The translations under genes were made by a program, and so were the position numbers. A DNA stretch of 64,000 nt from Deltaproteobacteria bacterium. Lineage in GTDB: Bacteria > Myxococcota_A > Polyangia > Fen-1088. This document shows, piece after piece, positions 28,890 to 37,617 of the stretch. The stretch covers positions 161,988-225,987 of the forward strand of contig JANRKS010000024.1 in NCBI GenBank assembly GCA_033763315.1, given 5' to 3'. Below the pieces are notes generated by a model. The model saw only the letters and a program-made list of their open reading frames with translations. It made no database searches and had not been told where the DNA came from. Each line of letters starts with the position of its first letter. Positions within the stretch are counted from its first letter, which is position 1.

Positions 28890-30890
28890 ATGGCGCAACT
28901 TAGAACCATGGCTTCGTTGGCTCCGTGGATTGCGGGCGCTGGTTTGTCATTGGCCGCTTGCTCAGGCAGCAGTGCGCCCTTGCCTGCGCCAGGTGACCCC
29001 ATAACCACGCCCGACGGGCCAAACTCCCCACCAGGCACCATACCTGCGGATGGAACGCCCTTGGCAGGCACGGCGAAAAGTCTGGAAACGCCGCCGCCCC
29101 CGCTGGCGGGTGGCACACTGCTTATGTTGCGCGACGGACGCACGGCCGTGGCGTCCGATCCGGATCGCGACATGATCTTCGTCGCCGACGTCCAAAAGAA
29201 GACGGTTGTGGCCTCTGTTCCTACCAAGGCGGGCGCACAACCCGGCCGCGCCATAGAAGACAGCGATGGCAACGTGCACGTGGTGCTTCGCGAACAAGGC
29301 TCGGTCCTTTCGCTCAAAGCGGGATCGTGGTCGGTCATGGCCGAACAGAAAGTGTGTCCGGCCCCTCGTGGCATCGCCTTCGATGGCAGCCGCGTGTGGG
29401 TGGCCTGTGCGGGCGGGGAATTGGTTCAAGCGGGCAGCGGGGGCAAATCATTCACGCTGGATCGAGATTTGCGCGACGTTGTTTTCACCAACGGCCGTTT
29501 GCTCGTCACACAGTTCCGCTCGGCGAAAGTGCTCACCGTGTCGCCTGAAGACGGCAGCGTGCTGAGCCGGACATCGCCTCCCGGCAGCCGGGAATCTCAA
29601 CAACTTAATTTCAAGATGGCGCCCCCGCCGAATGGCACCGACGCACCCTCTCGCGCCGCGGATCCCGTGGTGGCGTGGCGTATGCGCTTAGCCCCCAATG
29701 GCGGCGCGGTTGTGATGCATCAAGAGGCCACAACAAGCCCCTTGGGCCTCGAGCAAGGCGGCTACGGTGGCGGTCCGTGCAAGGGCGGAGCGATTTCTGC
29801 GGCCGTCACCACCATCAGCAAAGATGGCAGCGTCTCGACCTCGGGCTCATTCTCCTTCGCCACCTTGCCAGTCGACATCGACGTGTCGCCAGATGGCCGC
29901 CGCCTGGCGATGATCTTTGCCGGCAACAACGGCCAAACACCCACCGGTCCGGTCGCGGTTATGAGCGCGCAGAGCGTTGAACAGGGACAATGTATATTCC
30001 CTCACATCGAGAACCCACCGCCGCCCGATTTTGGCGGTACCGGTGGCGGCAGCGGGATGGGTGGCCAAGGTGGCGGCAACGTTGGTGGCGCGGGTGGCGC
30101 CGAGGAAGAACTGCCGCCGCCGGACATCATCAACGCAGATTTTCGCAACAAGCAACCGGTGGCCGTGGCGTTCGCTCGTGACGGCAACGTGATCGTCCAA
30201 TCGCGCGAGCCAGCGGTCCTGACTGTGTTGGGGCGCAATGGCGGTGACATCACCTTGTCCAAGTTGAGCCGCGAAGACAGTGGTCAGCGCGTGTTCCACA
30301 TGAGCACGTCGGCGGGGTTGGCGTGTGCTTCCTGCCATCCTGAAGGAGGCGACGACGGCCGCGTTTGGGAGTTCCAGAAGATCGGCAGCCGACGCACTCA
30401 AAACCTGCGCGGTGGCATCGTGAATCTTGCGCCGTTTCACTGGGATGGCGACATGAAGGATCTTGGCACGCTGATGACCGAGGTGTTCGGTGGTCGCATG
30501 CAAGGCCCACGCGTTGATGGGCCTCACCTCAAGGCGTTGGCGCACTTCATGGACAACATCAAAGAGCTGCCGGCGCAAACGGTTGCCGATAAAGCTGCCG
30601 TCGATCGCGGCCGCCTGTTGTTCAATGACAGCAAAGTGGGATGCGCCACTTGCCACACAGGGCCCATGTTCACCAACAACGCCACCGTTGATGTCGGCAC
30701 AGGCAAAGCCTTCCAAGTGCCCACGCTCAAAGGCCTCGCAGGGCGCGCACCTTATATGCACACGGGCTGCGCAAAAACCTTGGGCGATCGCTTTACTGCA
30801 TCATGCGGCGGCGGCGACAAGCACGGTGTGACGTCCCACCTCAGCACGGCACAACTTGCCGATCTGACGGCCTTCTTAGAGACGCTTTAA
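28890..30890 (+). CDS. Lipoprotein with beta-propeller and di-heme cytochrome c peroxidase/MauG-like domain
   Basis: Lipobox LAAC, propeller-like repeats, CASCH and CATCH, PFHWDG, VPTLKG...APYMHTG. Confidence 0.8.
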   Translation: MAQLRTMASLAPWIAGAGLSLAACSGSSAPLPAPGDPITTPDGPNSPPGTIPADGTPLAGTAKSLETPPPPLAGGTLLMLRDGRTAVASDPDRDMIFVADVQKKTVVASVPTKAGAQPGRAIEDSDGNVHVVLREQGSVLSLKAGSWSVMAEQKVCPAPRGIAFDGSRVWVACAGGELVQAGSGGKSFTLDRDLRDVVFTNGRLLVTQFRSAKVLTVSPEDGSVLSRTSPPGSRESQQLNFKMAPPPNGTDAPSRAADPVVAWRMRLAPNGGAVVMHQEATTSPLGLEQGGYGGGPCKGGAISAAVTTISKDGSVSTSGSFSFATLPVDIDVSPDGRRLAMIFAGNNGQTPTGPVAVMSAQSVEQGQCIFPHIENPPPPDFGGTGGGSGMGGQGGGNVGGAGGAEEELPPPDIINADFRNKQPVAVAFARDGNVIVQSREPAVLTVLGRNGGDITLSKLSREDSGQRVFHMSTSAGLACASCHPEGGDDGRVWEFQKIGSRRTQNLRGGIVNLAPFHWDGDMKDLGTLMTEVFGGRMQGPRVDGPHLKALAHFMDNIKELPAQTVADKAAVDRGRLLFNDSKVGCATCHTGPMFTNNATVDVGTGKAFQVPTLKGLAGRAPYMHTGCAKTLGDRFTASCGGGDKHGVTSHLSTAQLADLTAFLETL

Positions 30891-30904
30891 AAGACGGCCT
30901 GGCA

Positions 30905-32539
30905 TCAGCGAACGGTCGGCTCAGGCAATGGCCCTGTGCCGGCCGTTTTTATTTGTGGCCACAGCAACCAGCTGCAGGTGAACAGACCGAAGACGAACCA
31001 CAGGCACAAAACCACACCCATGCCACCGCGCGCTTGCTGCCAAAATTCGATTGGCCACCAATCAAACCGAACGCGTGCGTAGGACCGTTCGATGTCGAGT
31101 GGCTTTCTCGTATAGCGAGACCATGGCGCATCGTGCGCGGCAACTTGCCAGTCATCGCCTCGGATGGCGTGTTTGAGCATCCAGTAGTGGCCTTCCACGG
31201 GGACAAACGCTGGCAACCACTGCAGTTGATGAACGTCTTCAAAGCAAGCGCCACACAAACCGTCCACTGTGGGTGTGGGCGCCCCCGATCGATCTGGAAC
31301 GCCAAGCCACGCGTCACGCGCGTCCTGTGTGATGCGAATGTAATGGTCCCAGTAAAATGCGGCGCCCAGCAAGGTGACAACCAGGCCGGTCGCACACACA
31401 CCAACAAACAAGAGCAGTCGTGTGCGTGCCCACCAGCGTTGTGCCGTTGCACGTGCGGACCACAGATCGTCAAGCCACACGGCGGCGGGCAACATGAACA
31501 CCGGCACGGCGAAGGTTAGATACCGCGGCCCCCACGCGTAGTCCCCGCTCCAATACAGCATCTTGCCGTAAAGCAAAACAACGGGCCCCGCCAGCAAGAG
31601 GAGCAAACAGGCCATGCGCTTGTGCCGTCGCCAAAACCGCGGCAGAGCAAACAACGACAGCACAAGCGGCGGGCAATAGAGCAGCAGGCTTTTGCCCGGT
31701 GAAAGAAACAGGCCCCACAGGCCCAGCGGCAAGCGCTCCTCGAACACGGGGATGGTGAAGTCGTATCCCTCGTGCCAAGGCGATCCCCAACGCGCCCAGT
31801 TGTAAAACGGGATCAGCGCACACACAGGCACAAACCCAAGCAGACCCCACAGCACAAGGGTTTTCAGCACCGGCCACCGTCGCCAGTGCGTCGCCACCAA
31901 AAACGCTGCCGCCCCCAAGGTCGCCAACGCGAGCACCGTCTTCGCGTCGACCAACAGGCCCGCCGTGATGCCAAGCACCACCGCGCCCCGGCGCGTGGGT
32001 TTTTCGGCGACCTTCGCCGTCTGAAGCAAAAAGGCCGTGAAGCAAGCCGTTTGCAGTGCCTCCGCGTAGGGGGAGCGCGCATACACCCACAACATGGTGC
32101 ACGTGGCCAACACCAAGCCGCTGCACAGGCTCACGCCTAACCCCAACCCCAGCCATTGGCACAACAGTATGAACGTCACGACCGCAAACGCGGCCAAGGC
32201 GGCCGGACCAATGTGGGCGGCAAAAGGCAATGAAAGCTCGTTCGTGCCGGGCCAAATCTTCATCAACCCGTGCCGCACCAGCACGCCAGGAACGTGTTGC
32301 AGCGATTGCAGCAGCGGCGCGATCGCGAACGTCTTGCCACCGCGGCCGGGATGAAGATCGACGGGCCAAGGCGTCGCAATGTTGAATTCGCCGCGGTTGA
32401 CCAGGGCTTCCGCCACCTCGAACATGGGCGTGGCATCCGACCACGGGCGCTCGCGGCTGCCCGTGAGCATGAAGAAGCAAAACAGCACGCCCCCCAACAG
32501 CCACTGGGCGCGCCTCGTGAGGATAAACCGCGGATGCAT
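30905..32539 (-). CDS. Polytopic membrane protein, GT-C glycosyltransferase-like
   Basis: Many TM helices; YARSPYAE, YNWARWGSP, GLFLSPGKSLLLYCP, WGPRYL. Confidence 0.72.
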   Translation of the reverse strand: MHPRFILTRRAQWLLGGVLFCFFMLTGSRERPWSDATPMFEVAEALVNRGEFNIATPWPVDLHPGRGGKTFAIAPLLQSLQHVPGVLVRHGLMKIWPGTNELSLPFAAHIGPAALAAFAVVTFILLCQWLGLGLGVSLCSGLVLATCTMLWVYARSPYAEALQTACFTAFLLQTAKVAEKPTRRGAVVLGITAGLLVDAKTVLALATLGAAAFLVATHWRRWPVLKTLVLWGLLGFVPVCALIPFYNWARWGSPWHEGYDFTIPVFEERLPLGLWGLFLSPGKSLLLYCPPLVLSLFALPRFWRRHKRMACLLLLLAGPVVLLYGKMLYWSGDYAWGPRYLTFAVPVFMLPAAVWLDDLWSARATAQRWWARTRLLLFVGVCATGLVVTLLGAAFYWDHYIRITQDARDAWLGVPDRSGAPTPTVDGLCGACFEDVHQLQWLPAFVPVEGHYWMLKHAIRGDDWQVAAHDAPWSRYTRKPLDIERSYARVRFDWWPIEFWQQARGGMGVVLCLWFVFGLFTCSWLLWPQIKTAGTGPLPEPTVR

Positions 32540-32710
32540 GGCCTGCCGCAGACTATCCGATCGCCCTGCGTTGTCACCAAAGCACGCACATCCAAGGCGG
32601 CGGCAAACGCTGGGCGGCGACAGAACCACCGCGTCAGGACGGTTTTTTCACCACGCGCTTTCAGATTCCGCCGATGGCTGTGTCTACATCTGCAAGGAGA
32701 CACACTGACC

Positions 32711-33691
32711 ATGCGATATCTATATGTGGCGTTTTTAACTTCTGCTTTGGCCACCGCCGCGGGGTGCCGCGTCGAGGATGGGGATGCAGGCGATGAATAC
32801 CGAAAAGGCATCCCAAACCAGGCGACCGTCGAAGTGCAGGTGCCCGGCACCAGCGGACAGGCATTGAGCGTCGCCGGTGAAGGCAAGGTGTCCGAATATT
32901 ATCGGTTGACCCGCGTGGTTAGCCGCGACGTCAACGCTGGGGTTTACCTCGTGCTGAACCTGGTGCGCGACGTTGTGCGCTACCCACCCACGGCCGTCAC
33001 CGCCAACGCAGCGGTATGGGGCCCGTTCTCGGAGGCGCTTGATCCCATCGCGTGGAAAGTCACCGTTACCCGCACAACACCGAACGAGTACGCCTATAAG
33101 TTCGAAGGGCAAGCCAAAGCCAACCCAGCGTCAGCCTTCATCACGGTCCTGTCAGGCGTTCATCGACCTGCGCTCGGTACCGACGGCGCACCCATGGAGG
33201 GCTTCGGAGAAGGCAATTTCCTGTTGGACTTTGAGGCGCGCAACCGGCTGCCCATGCCACAGCGGGACATCGGATCGGCCGCCGTCACCTATTCGCGTCC
33301 TAACTTAGCGACGCCCGTTCAGATCACGGCGAAATTCACGGCCGTCAAAGACGACGAACGCCCCAACCACACGGTGGACGTGGATTACCGCTACAAGCGC
33401 AACGCCGGTGGCAGTGGCGAGCTTGAATTCACCTACAAGCCCGACCGCACCTTGACCGACCCAGGCCAAGTTGCCGTGATGAGCCGCTGGAACGAAACCG
33501 GCGCCGGCCGCGCCGACGTTAAAGCAAAAGGTGGTGCCTTGCCGGCCAACATCGAGGCCACGGCCAATGAATGTTGGAGCAACACCTTCACAAGCGTGTT
33601 CGTGCAAACGAGTTGGGATCCGAGCCTGACTTACGGCACAGAAGCCATGTGTGCCTTCCCCAACGCCACGTACGCAACGTTGATGCTGTAA
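32711..33691 (+). CDS. Lipoprotein of unknown function (paralog of 36696..37610)
   Basis: AGGAGA SD, lipobox TAAGC, VWGPF, SRWNETGAGRAD, ECW. Confidence 0.8.
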   Translation: MRYLYVAFLTSALATAAGCRVEDGDAGDEYRKGIPNQATVEVQVPGTSGQALSVAGEGKVSEYYRLTRVVSRDVNAGVYLVLNLVRDVVRYPPTAVTANAAVWGPFSEALDPIAWKVTVTRTTPNEYAYKFEGQAKANPASAFITVLSGVHRPALGTDGAPMEGFGEGNFLLDFEARNRLPMPQRDIGSAAVTYSRPNLATPVQITAKFTAVKDDERPNHTVDVDYRYKRNAGGSGELEFTYKPDRTLTDPGQVAVMSRWNETGAGRADVKAKGGALPANIEATANECWSNTFTSVFVQTSWDPSLTYGTEAMCAFPNATYATLML

Positions 33692-33702
33692 TACTCTCTA
33701 AC

Positions 33703-33730
33703 GGAGGTGGCGCACCGAAACGCCACCTCC
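33703..33730. other. Perfect 10-bp stem hairpin between the lipoprotein and sigma genes
   Basis: GGAGGTGGCG-CACCGAAA-CGCCACCTCC; no following U-tract on the + strand. Confidence 0.6.
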
Positions 33731-33744
33731 AAGAAGACTCTAAC

Positions 33745-34272
33745 GTGACATTGCGGCTCATACACAAAGAAACGCAACAGCAGCAAAGGCCTGCATTGCG
33801 TGAGCTGTACGAAAACTACGGCGGCTCTGTGTATGGCCGCTGCGTTTACCTTCTGCGCGACAAAGCCAAAGCCGAGGACGCCATGCAGGATGTATTTGCG
33901 AAGGCACTCGAGAACTACAGCCACTTTCGCTCCGAATCCTCGCCGCTCACGTGGCTCATGCAAATCGCGACGCACCATTGTTTGAATCTTTTGCGCAGCG
34001 AACGTGCGCCATGGCGTTCGCGCTTTCGTCGCGAGCAGACCGCAAGGAGTGAAGCGCAAGGAGGTCCCGCCGTGCTTGAGGCGCGCGATTTCGTGCGTCG
34101 GGTGCTGATGCGTTTTGACGCTGAAACACAAACGGTGGCGGTTCTTTATTACGTTGATGAAATGACGTTGGACGAAGTGGCACAGGCCGTGGGCCGGTCC
34201 GTGCCCACCGTTCGCAAACGTTTAGAGGCGTTCGCTTTGGCCATGCGCAACGAGGCAGGCGCGTCATCTTAG
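33745..34272 (+). CDS. ECF-type RNA polymerase sigma factor
   Basis: Region 2 AEDAMQDVF...FRSESSPLTWLMQIATHHCLNLLR; region 4 MTLDEVAQAVGRSVPTVRKRL. GTG start uncertain. Confidence 0.9.
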   Translation: MTLRLIHKETQQQQRPALRELYENYGGSVYGRCVYLLRDKAKAEDAMQDVFAKALENYSHFRSESSPLTWLMQIATHHCLNLLRSERAPWRSRFRREQTARSEAQGGPAVLEARDFVRRVLMRFDAETQTVAVLYYVDEMTLDEVAQAVGRSVPTVRKRLEAFALAMRNEAGASS

Positions 34273-34281
34273 GAGTTTCAC

Positions 34282-35076
34282 GTGAACAACTCAGAAGCAC
34301 GCAAAGATACGTATAGCGAGATCACCTTGCGGCGGTACCGTGCGGGTGAGCTCTCAGCCGACGAGCGACAAGCGATAGCGAACGCCGCCGCGCGCGACAC
34401 TGAACTACGTTTACGTCTGCGTGCACTCGCGGATGAACAAAGTGCGTTCGAAGCCGCGGTGCCATTTGAACGCTTCGTGGGGGGGGTCAGCCGCGCACAG
34501 CGCGAACAGCAGCGCCGGCTGTCAAAGCGCGCTCCGTTGTGGGCGGCGTCCGCAGCAACGATGGCGTTGGCCGCGGCTGCCATGGTGGTGATGGTGATTG
34601 CACCTATGCAACAAACACCAAGCACGCGCACCAAAGGCAGCCATGACGCCTTCACAAGCCACGTGCGCGTCGCCAGCGACAATGGTGAACAGCGCGTAGC
34701 GATGCCCGGTAAGCTGACGTCGCTGCGCAAAGGCGACCGCGTGCGCGTGGGTGTTCAACTTAAAGCCGGGGCAACGTATTTTGCCGCCGTCAGTGTCGAG
34801 CCCTCGGGCGCCACAACAGCGATCTATCCTGAAGGCAACTCGGCTTTGCACATCGTCCCCACCAAGGAGCCCATGTACATGCCCGACAGCGTGGAGTTTA
34901 CGGGGCATGGCGATGAAACGTTGTTTATCCTAACTGCGCCGCAAGCATTTGATGTGGCCGCCGCCGCAGACGCATTAAAAGCGTTGCCCCACACGAACGA
35001 ACCAGCAACGCTTGAGCGCCTCGGCGCAAAGATCCCGGGGTTGGTGGCCATCCCCTACCCATTGCGTAAACCCTGA
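34282..35076 (+). CDS. Putative membrane anti-sigma factor (ASD-like N-terminus, one TM, DUF4384-like extracytoplasmic domain)
   Basis: LRRYRAGELSADERQAI N-terminus, hydrophobic helix, TRTKG, LRKGDRVRV...IYP; directly after the sigma gene with an AGGAG SD. Confidence 0.75.
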   Translation: MNNSEARKDTYSEITLRRYRAGELSADERQAIANAAARDTELRLRLRALADEQSAFEAAVPFERFVGGVSRAQREQQRRLSKRAPLWAASAATMALAAAAMVVMVIAPMQQTPSTRTKGSHDAFTSHVRVASDNGEQRVAMPGKLTSLRKGDRVRVGVQLKAGATYFAAVSVEPSGATTAIYPEGNSALHIVPTKEPMYMPDSVEFTGHGDETLFILTAPQAFDVAAAADALKALPHTNEPATLERLGAKIPGLVAIPYPLRKP

Positions 35077-36686
35077 TGCTATTGCGATCCTTCGTCTTGC
35101 GGCTGACATGTGCGGCGCTGATCGGCGCCAGCATGGCTCCCTCGCGCGTGGTGTGTGCCGCGGATGAACGACGTTTCGCCGTTGTGATCGGCAATGATTT
35201 GGGCGGCAACGATACCCAGCCACTGCTCTACGCGCGCCAAGACGCTCGCCGCATGAAAGACGTGTTGCTTCGGGTGGGTGCCGTCAAAGACGAAAACGCC
35301 ATCAGCTTGTTGGGCGCAGACGCGGCCGCGGTGAGAGCGGCGCTTGCCGACGTGGAGCGACGGGTTCGCCTGGCCACGAACCAAGGCTTACGAACCGCAC
35401 TCATCGTGTATTACTCGGGCCACGCCAAAAACGGCGATTTGCGCCTAGGCACCTCACGCCTACCACTTGATGAACTTCGCGCGCGCGTCAGCCACAGTGG
35501 CGCCACCATTCGACTCGGGATCATCGATGCTTGTCGCTCAGGCGCCGTGACCCGCAGCAAGGGTGCGCGCAGGGCGCCTGCCTTCGAGATTGAAGCCACC
35601 TCCAACGCGCAGGCCGAGGGCACTGTGTTTTTGTCATCCAGCAGCTTCGATGAAGACGCTCAAGAATCGGATCACCTCGAAGGCAGCTTCTTCTCGCATC
35701 ACTTCGTTAACGGGCTGCAAGGCGCCGCCGATCGTTCGGGCGACGGGCGCGTCACTTTATCCGAAGCCTATGCACACGCGTATGCTCAAACCGTTGCCAG
35801 CACAGCGGACAGCGCAGCGGGACCACAACACCCGACCTTCGGTTACGACCTTAAAGGCAATGGCGATTTCGTCCTCTCGGAATACGCGCGTCGCAACGAA
35901 GGCTTGCTGTTTCCAGCCGCGGCACCCGCAGGCACATACTTCGTGATCGATAACCAAGGCGTCATCGCCGCAGAAGTTGATAAGCCGATCAATGAAGTGC
36001 GGCGCATCGCGGTTCGACCGGGGCGTTACATCGTTAAGCGCCGCCTCGAAGATCGGCTACGCATTGGCAATATAACGGTAGCCGCGAACCAACTAAGCAC
36101 GGTGCAAGACGCCAATTTGGCGGACGCGCCATTTTCAGACGATCCAGTCAAGGGCGCCGCACGCGATGTGGCCGGCATCTGGTCTTTGAACGTGGGGCTC
36201 ACATCGCAGGCGTTTTTCGATCAGCCCACGCGCGAGGGGCTGTTTCCCAACAGTGGCTTGCTTGCCGCTGAACTCAGCGTGGCCAATTTTTTCCGTCGTC
36301 ATTGGGTGGCGAGCTTCGACGTCGCTGCGGGCGGCGGCAATGGAGAGGTCGCGCACTTTGCGAGCGCCGTTCCGTTTCGCACGAACCAGTTGAACCTCGG
36401 CACCAGCTTGTGGACCGAGTGGCCTTATTTCGATGGCGATTTGTCGCTGTTCGCTGGCGCGCGCGTCGCGTTTTTGTTTTTGAACCGGCGCTTCGAGGAC
36501 GACGTTCTGCCTGCGCAACATTTTTCAACATTCAGCCCGGGCTTGTTGGCGGGTGCCCGCTACAAGCTGACCCGCGCGGTGACGGCCATGGTGCGGACAC
36601 GGGTGCATTACTTGCTCTACAACGTGGACGAGAACCGCTCGCTTGGCTTCATGGAGCTGGGCGCGGCCTTCGAGTACGGCTTTTAG
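35076..36686 (+). CDS. Exported caspase-family (C14) protease with C-terminal beta-barrel-like domain
   Basis: Signal peptide; RFAVVIGN, YYSGH (His), IIDACRSG (Cys), QES...SFFSH...GAAD..GDGRVTLSEAY; amphipathic strands ending FEYGF. Confidence 0.85.
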   Translation: MLLRSFVLRLTCAALIGASMAPSRVVCAADERRFAVVIGNDLGGNDTQPLLYARQDARRMKDVLLRVGAVKDENAISLLGADAAAVRAALADVERRVRLATNQGLRTALIVYYSGHAKNGDLRLGTSRLPLDELRARVSHSGATIRLGIIDACRSGAVTRSKGARRAPAFEIEATSNAQAEGTVFLSSSSFDEDAQESDHLEGSFFSHHFVNGLQGAADRSGDGRVTLSEAYAHAYAQTVASTADSAAGPQHPTFGYDLKGNGDFVLSEYARRNEGLLFPAAAPAGTYFVIDNQGVIAAEVDKPINEVRRIAVRPGRYIVKRRLEDRLRIGNITVAANQLSTVQDANLADAPFSDDPVKGAARDVAGIWSLNVGLTSQAFFDQPTREGLFPNSGLLAAELSVANFFRRHWVASFDVAAGGGNGEVAHFASAVPFRTNQLNLGTSLWTEWPYFDGDLSLFAGARVAFLFLNRRFEDDVLPAQHFSTFSPGLLAGARYKLTRAVTAMVRTRVHYLLYNVDENRSLGFMELGAAFEYGF

Positions 36687-36695
36687 GAACATGCG

Positions 36696-37610
36696 ATGAT
36701 AAAGACACACCCCCTTCGCGCTGTGACACTGTTGACCCTGGTCGGCCTGACAGCCTGTGGCGGCAACTATTCAAACGACGACATCGAATATCAAACGTCT
36801 GTTCCGCAAGCGGAAGATCTGACGCCAAACATTGCCGCTCAGCTTGTGGCCAACAGCGCGGAAACGTATCGGTTCACCTACGGCATGGTGGGCTCTTACA
36901 GAGCCATACTCGGATTTGTGGCATCGTTGCTTGATCACGTCCGACAGAACCCAGCCACACAACGGCTTGCCAATGGTCGCGTCTGGGGGCCGTTTCCCGA
37001 TCGTGAACACCCGGGTTTTGAAGTAAAGGTGATGATTACGCGCGGTGGTGATGCAGCGGCACCGCAGTTCACGTACAGCGTTGATTTTGCATCCGCACGC
37101 ACGCGGATGTTTGTGCCTGTCATTTTCGGCACCTTCGATCCCCGCGGTGCCATCGGTGACGGCAGCGGACAGGTGACGCTGGATTTCGCAGGGTTACGGT
37201 CCACCGGCTTTCCCGGCGATCGCGACACCACAAACATCATGAAGATCGAGATGGTCCACGGTCGCAAAGATGGATCGCGTACGCTTGAAGTTCACCAAAC
37301 CAACACCGAGGCTGCCGACAACCGGCGCACGGACTTGACTTACGCCGAGGCCCCCGACGGCGCTGCCCGCACTCACTTCGTGATGGCGGTGACCAACAAT
37401 CTGTGGGCGCAAGAGCTGGATGTTGTGAGTGCGTGGCGCAGCGACGGCGCCGGCCGCGGCGAGCTGAAGGTGACGCAAGGATTGGCCACGGGCCTTCTGG
37501 GCATCGACTGTTGGGGCCCATCGACGGTGGCCACATATGTGAGGCGCGATTGGAATGAGGCCGTCAACGCGGGTGACGTCAACACGTGCGTGTTGCCTGC
37601 TCTGCGTTAG
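36696..37610 (+). CDS. Lipoprotein of unknown function (paralog of 32711..33691)
   Basis: Lipobox LTAC, VWGPF, SAWRSDGAGRGE, DCW. Confidence 0.8.
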   Translation: MIKTHPLRAVTLLTLVGLTACGGNYSNDDIEYQTSVPQAEDLTPNIAAQLVANSAETYRFTYGMVGSYRAILGFVASLLDHVRQNPATQRLANGRVWGPFPDREHPGFEVKVMITRGGDAAAPQFTYSVDFASARTRMFVPVIFGTFDPRGAIGDGSGQVTLDFAGLRSTGFPGDRDTTNIMKIEMVHGRKDGSRTLEVHQTNTEAADNRRTDLTYAEAPDGAARTHFVMAVTNNLWAQELDVVSAWRSDGAGRGELKVTQGLATGLLGIDCWGPSTVATYVRRDWNEAVNAGDVNTCVLPALR

Positions 37611-37617
37611 CCACGGC

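Noticed and set aside
30040-30105. GGCGGT-rich quasi-repeats here and at about 8930-9010
   Set aside because: They encode Gly-rich protein linkers and are not DNA repeat arrays.
34274-34289. parS-like AGTTTCACGTGAACAA at the anti-sigma start
   Set aside because: Three mismatches to the consensus and only a 10-bp palindrome; it is explained by the SD and GTG start.
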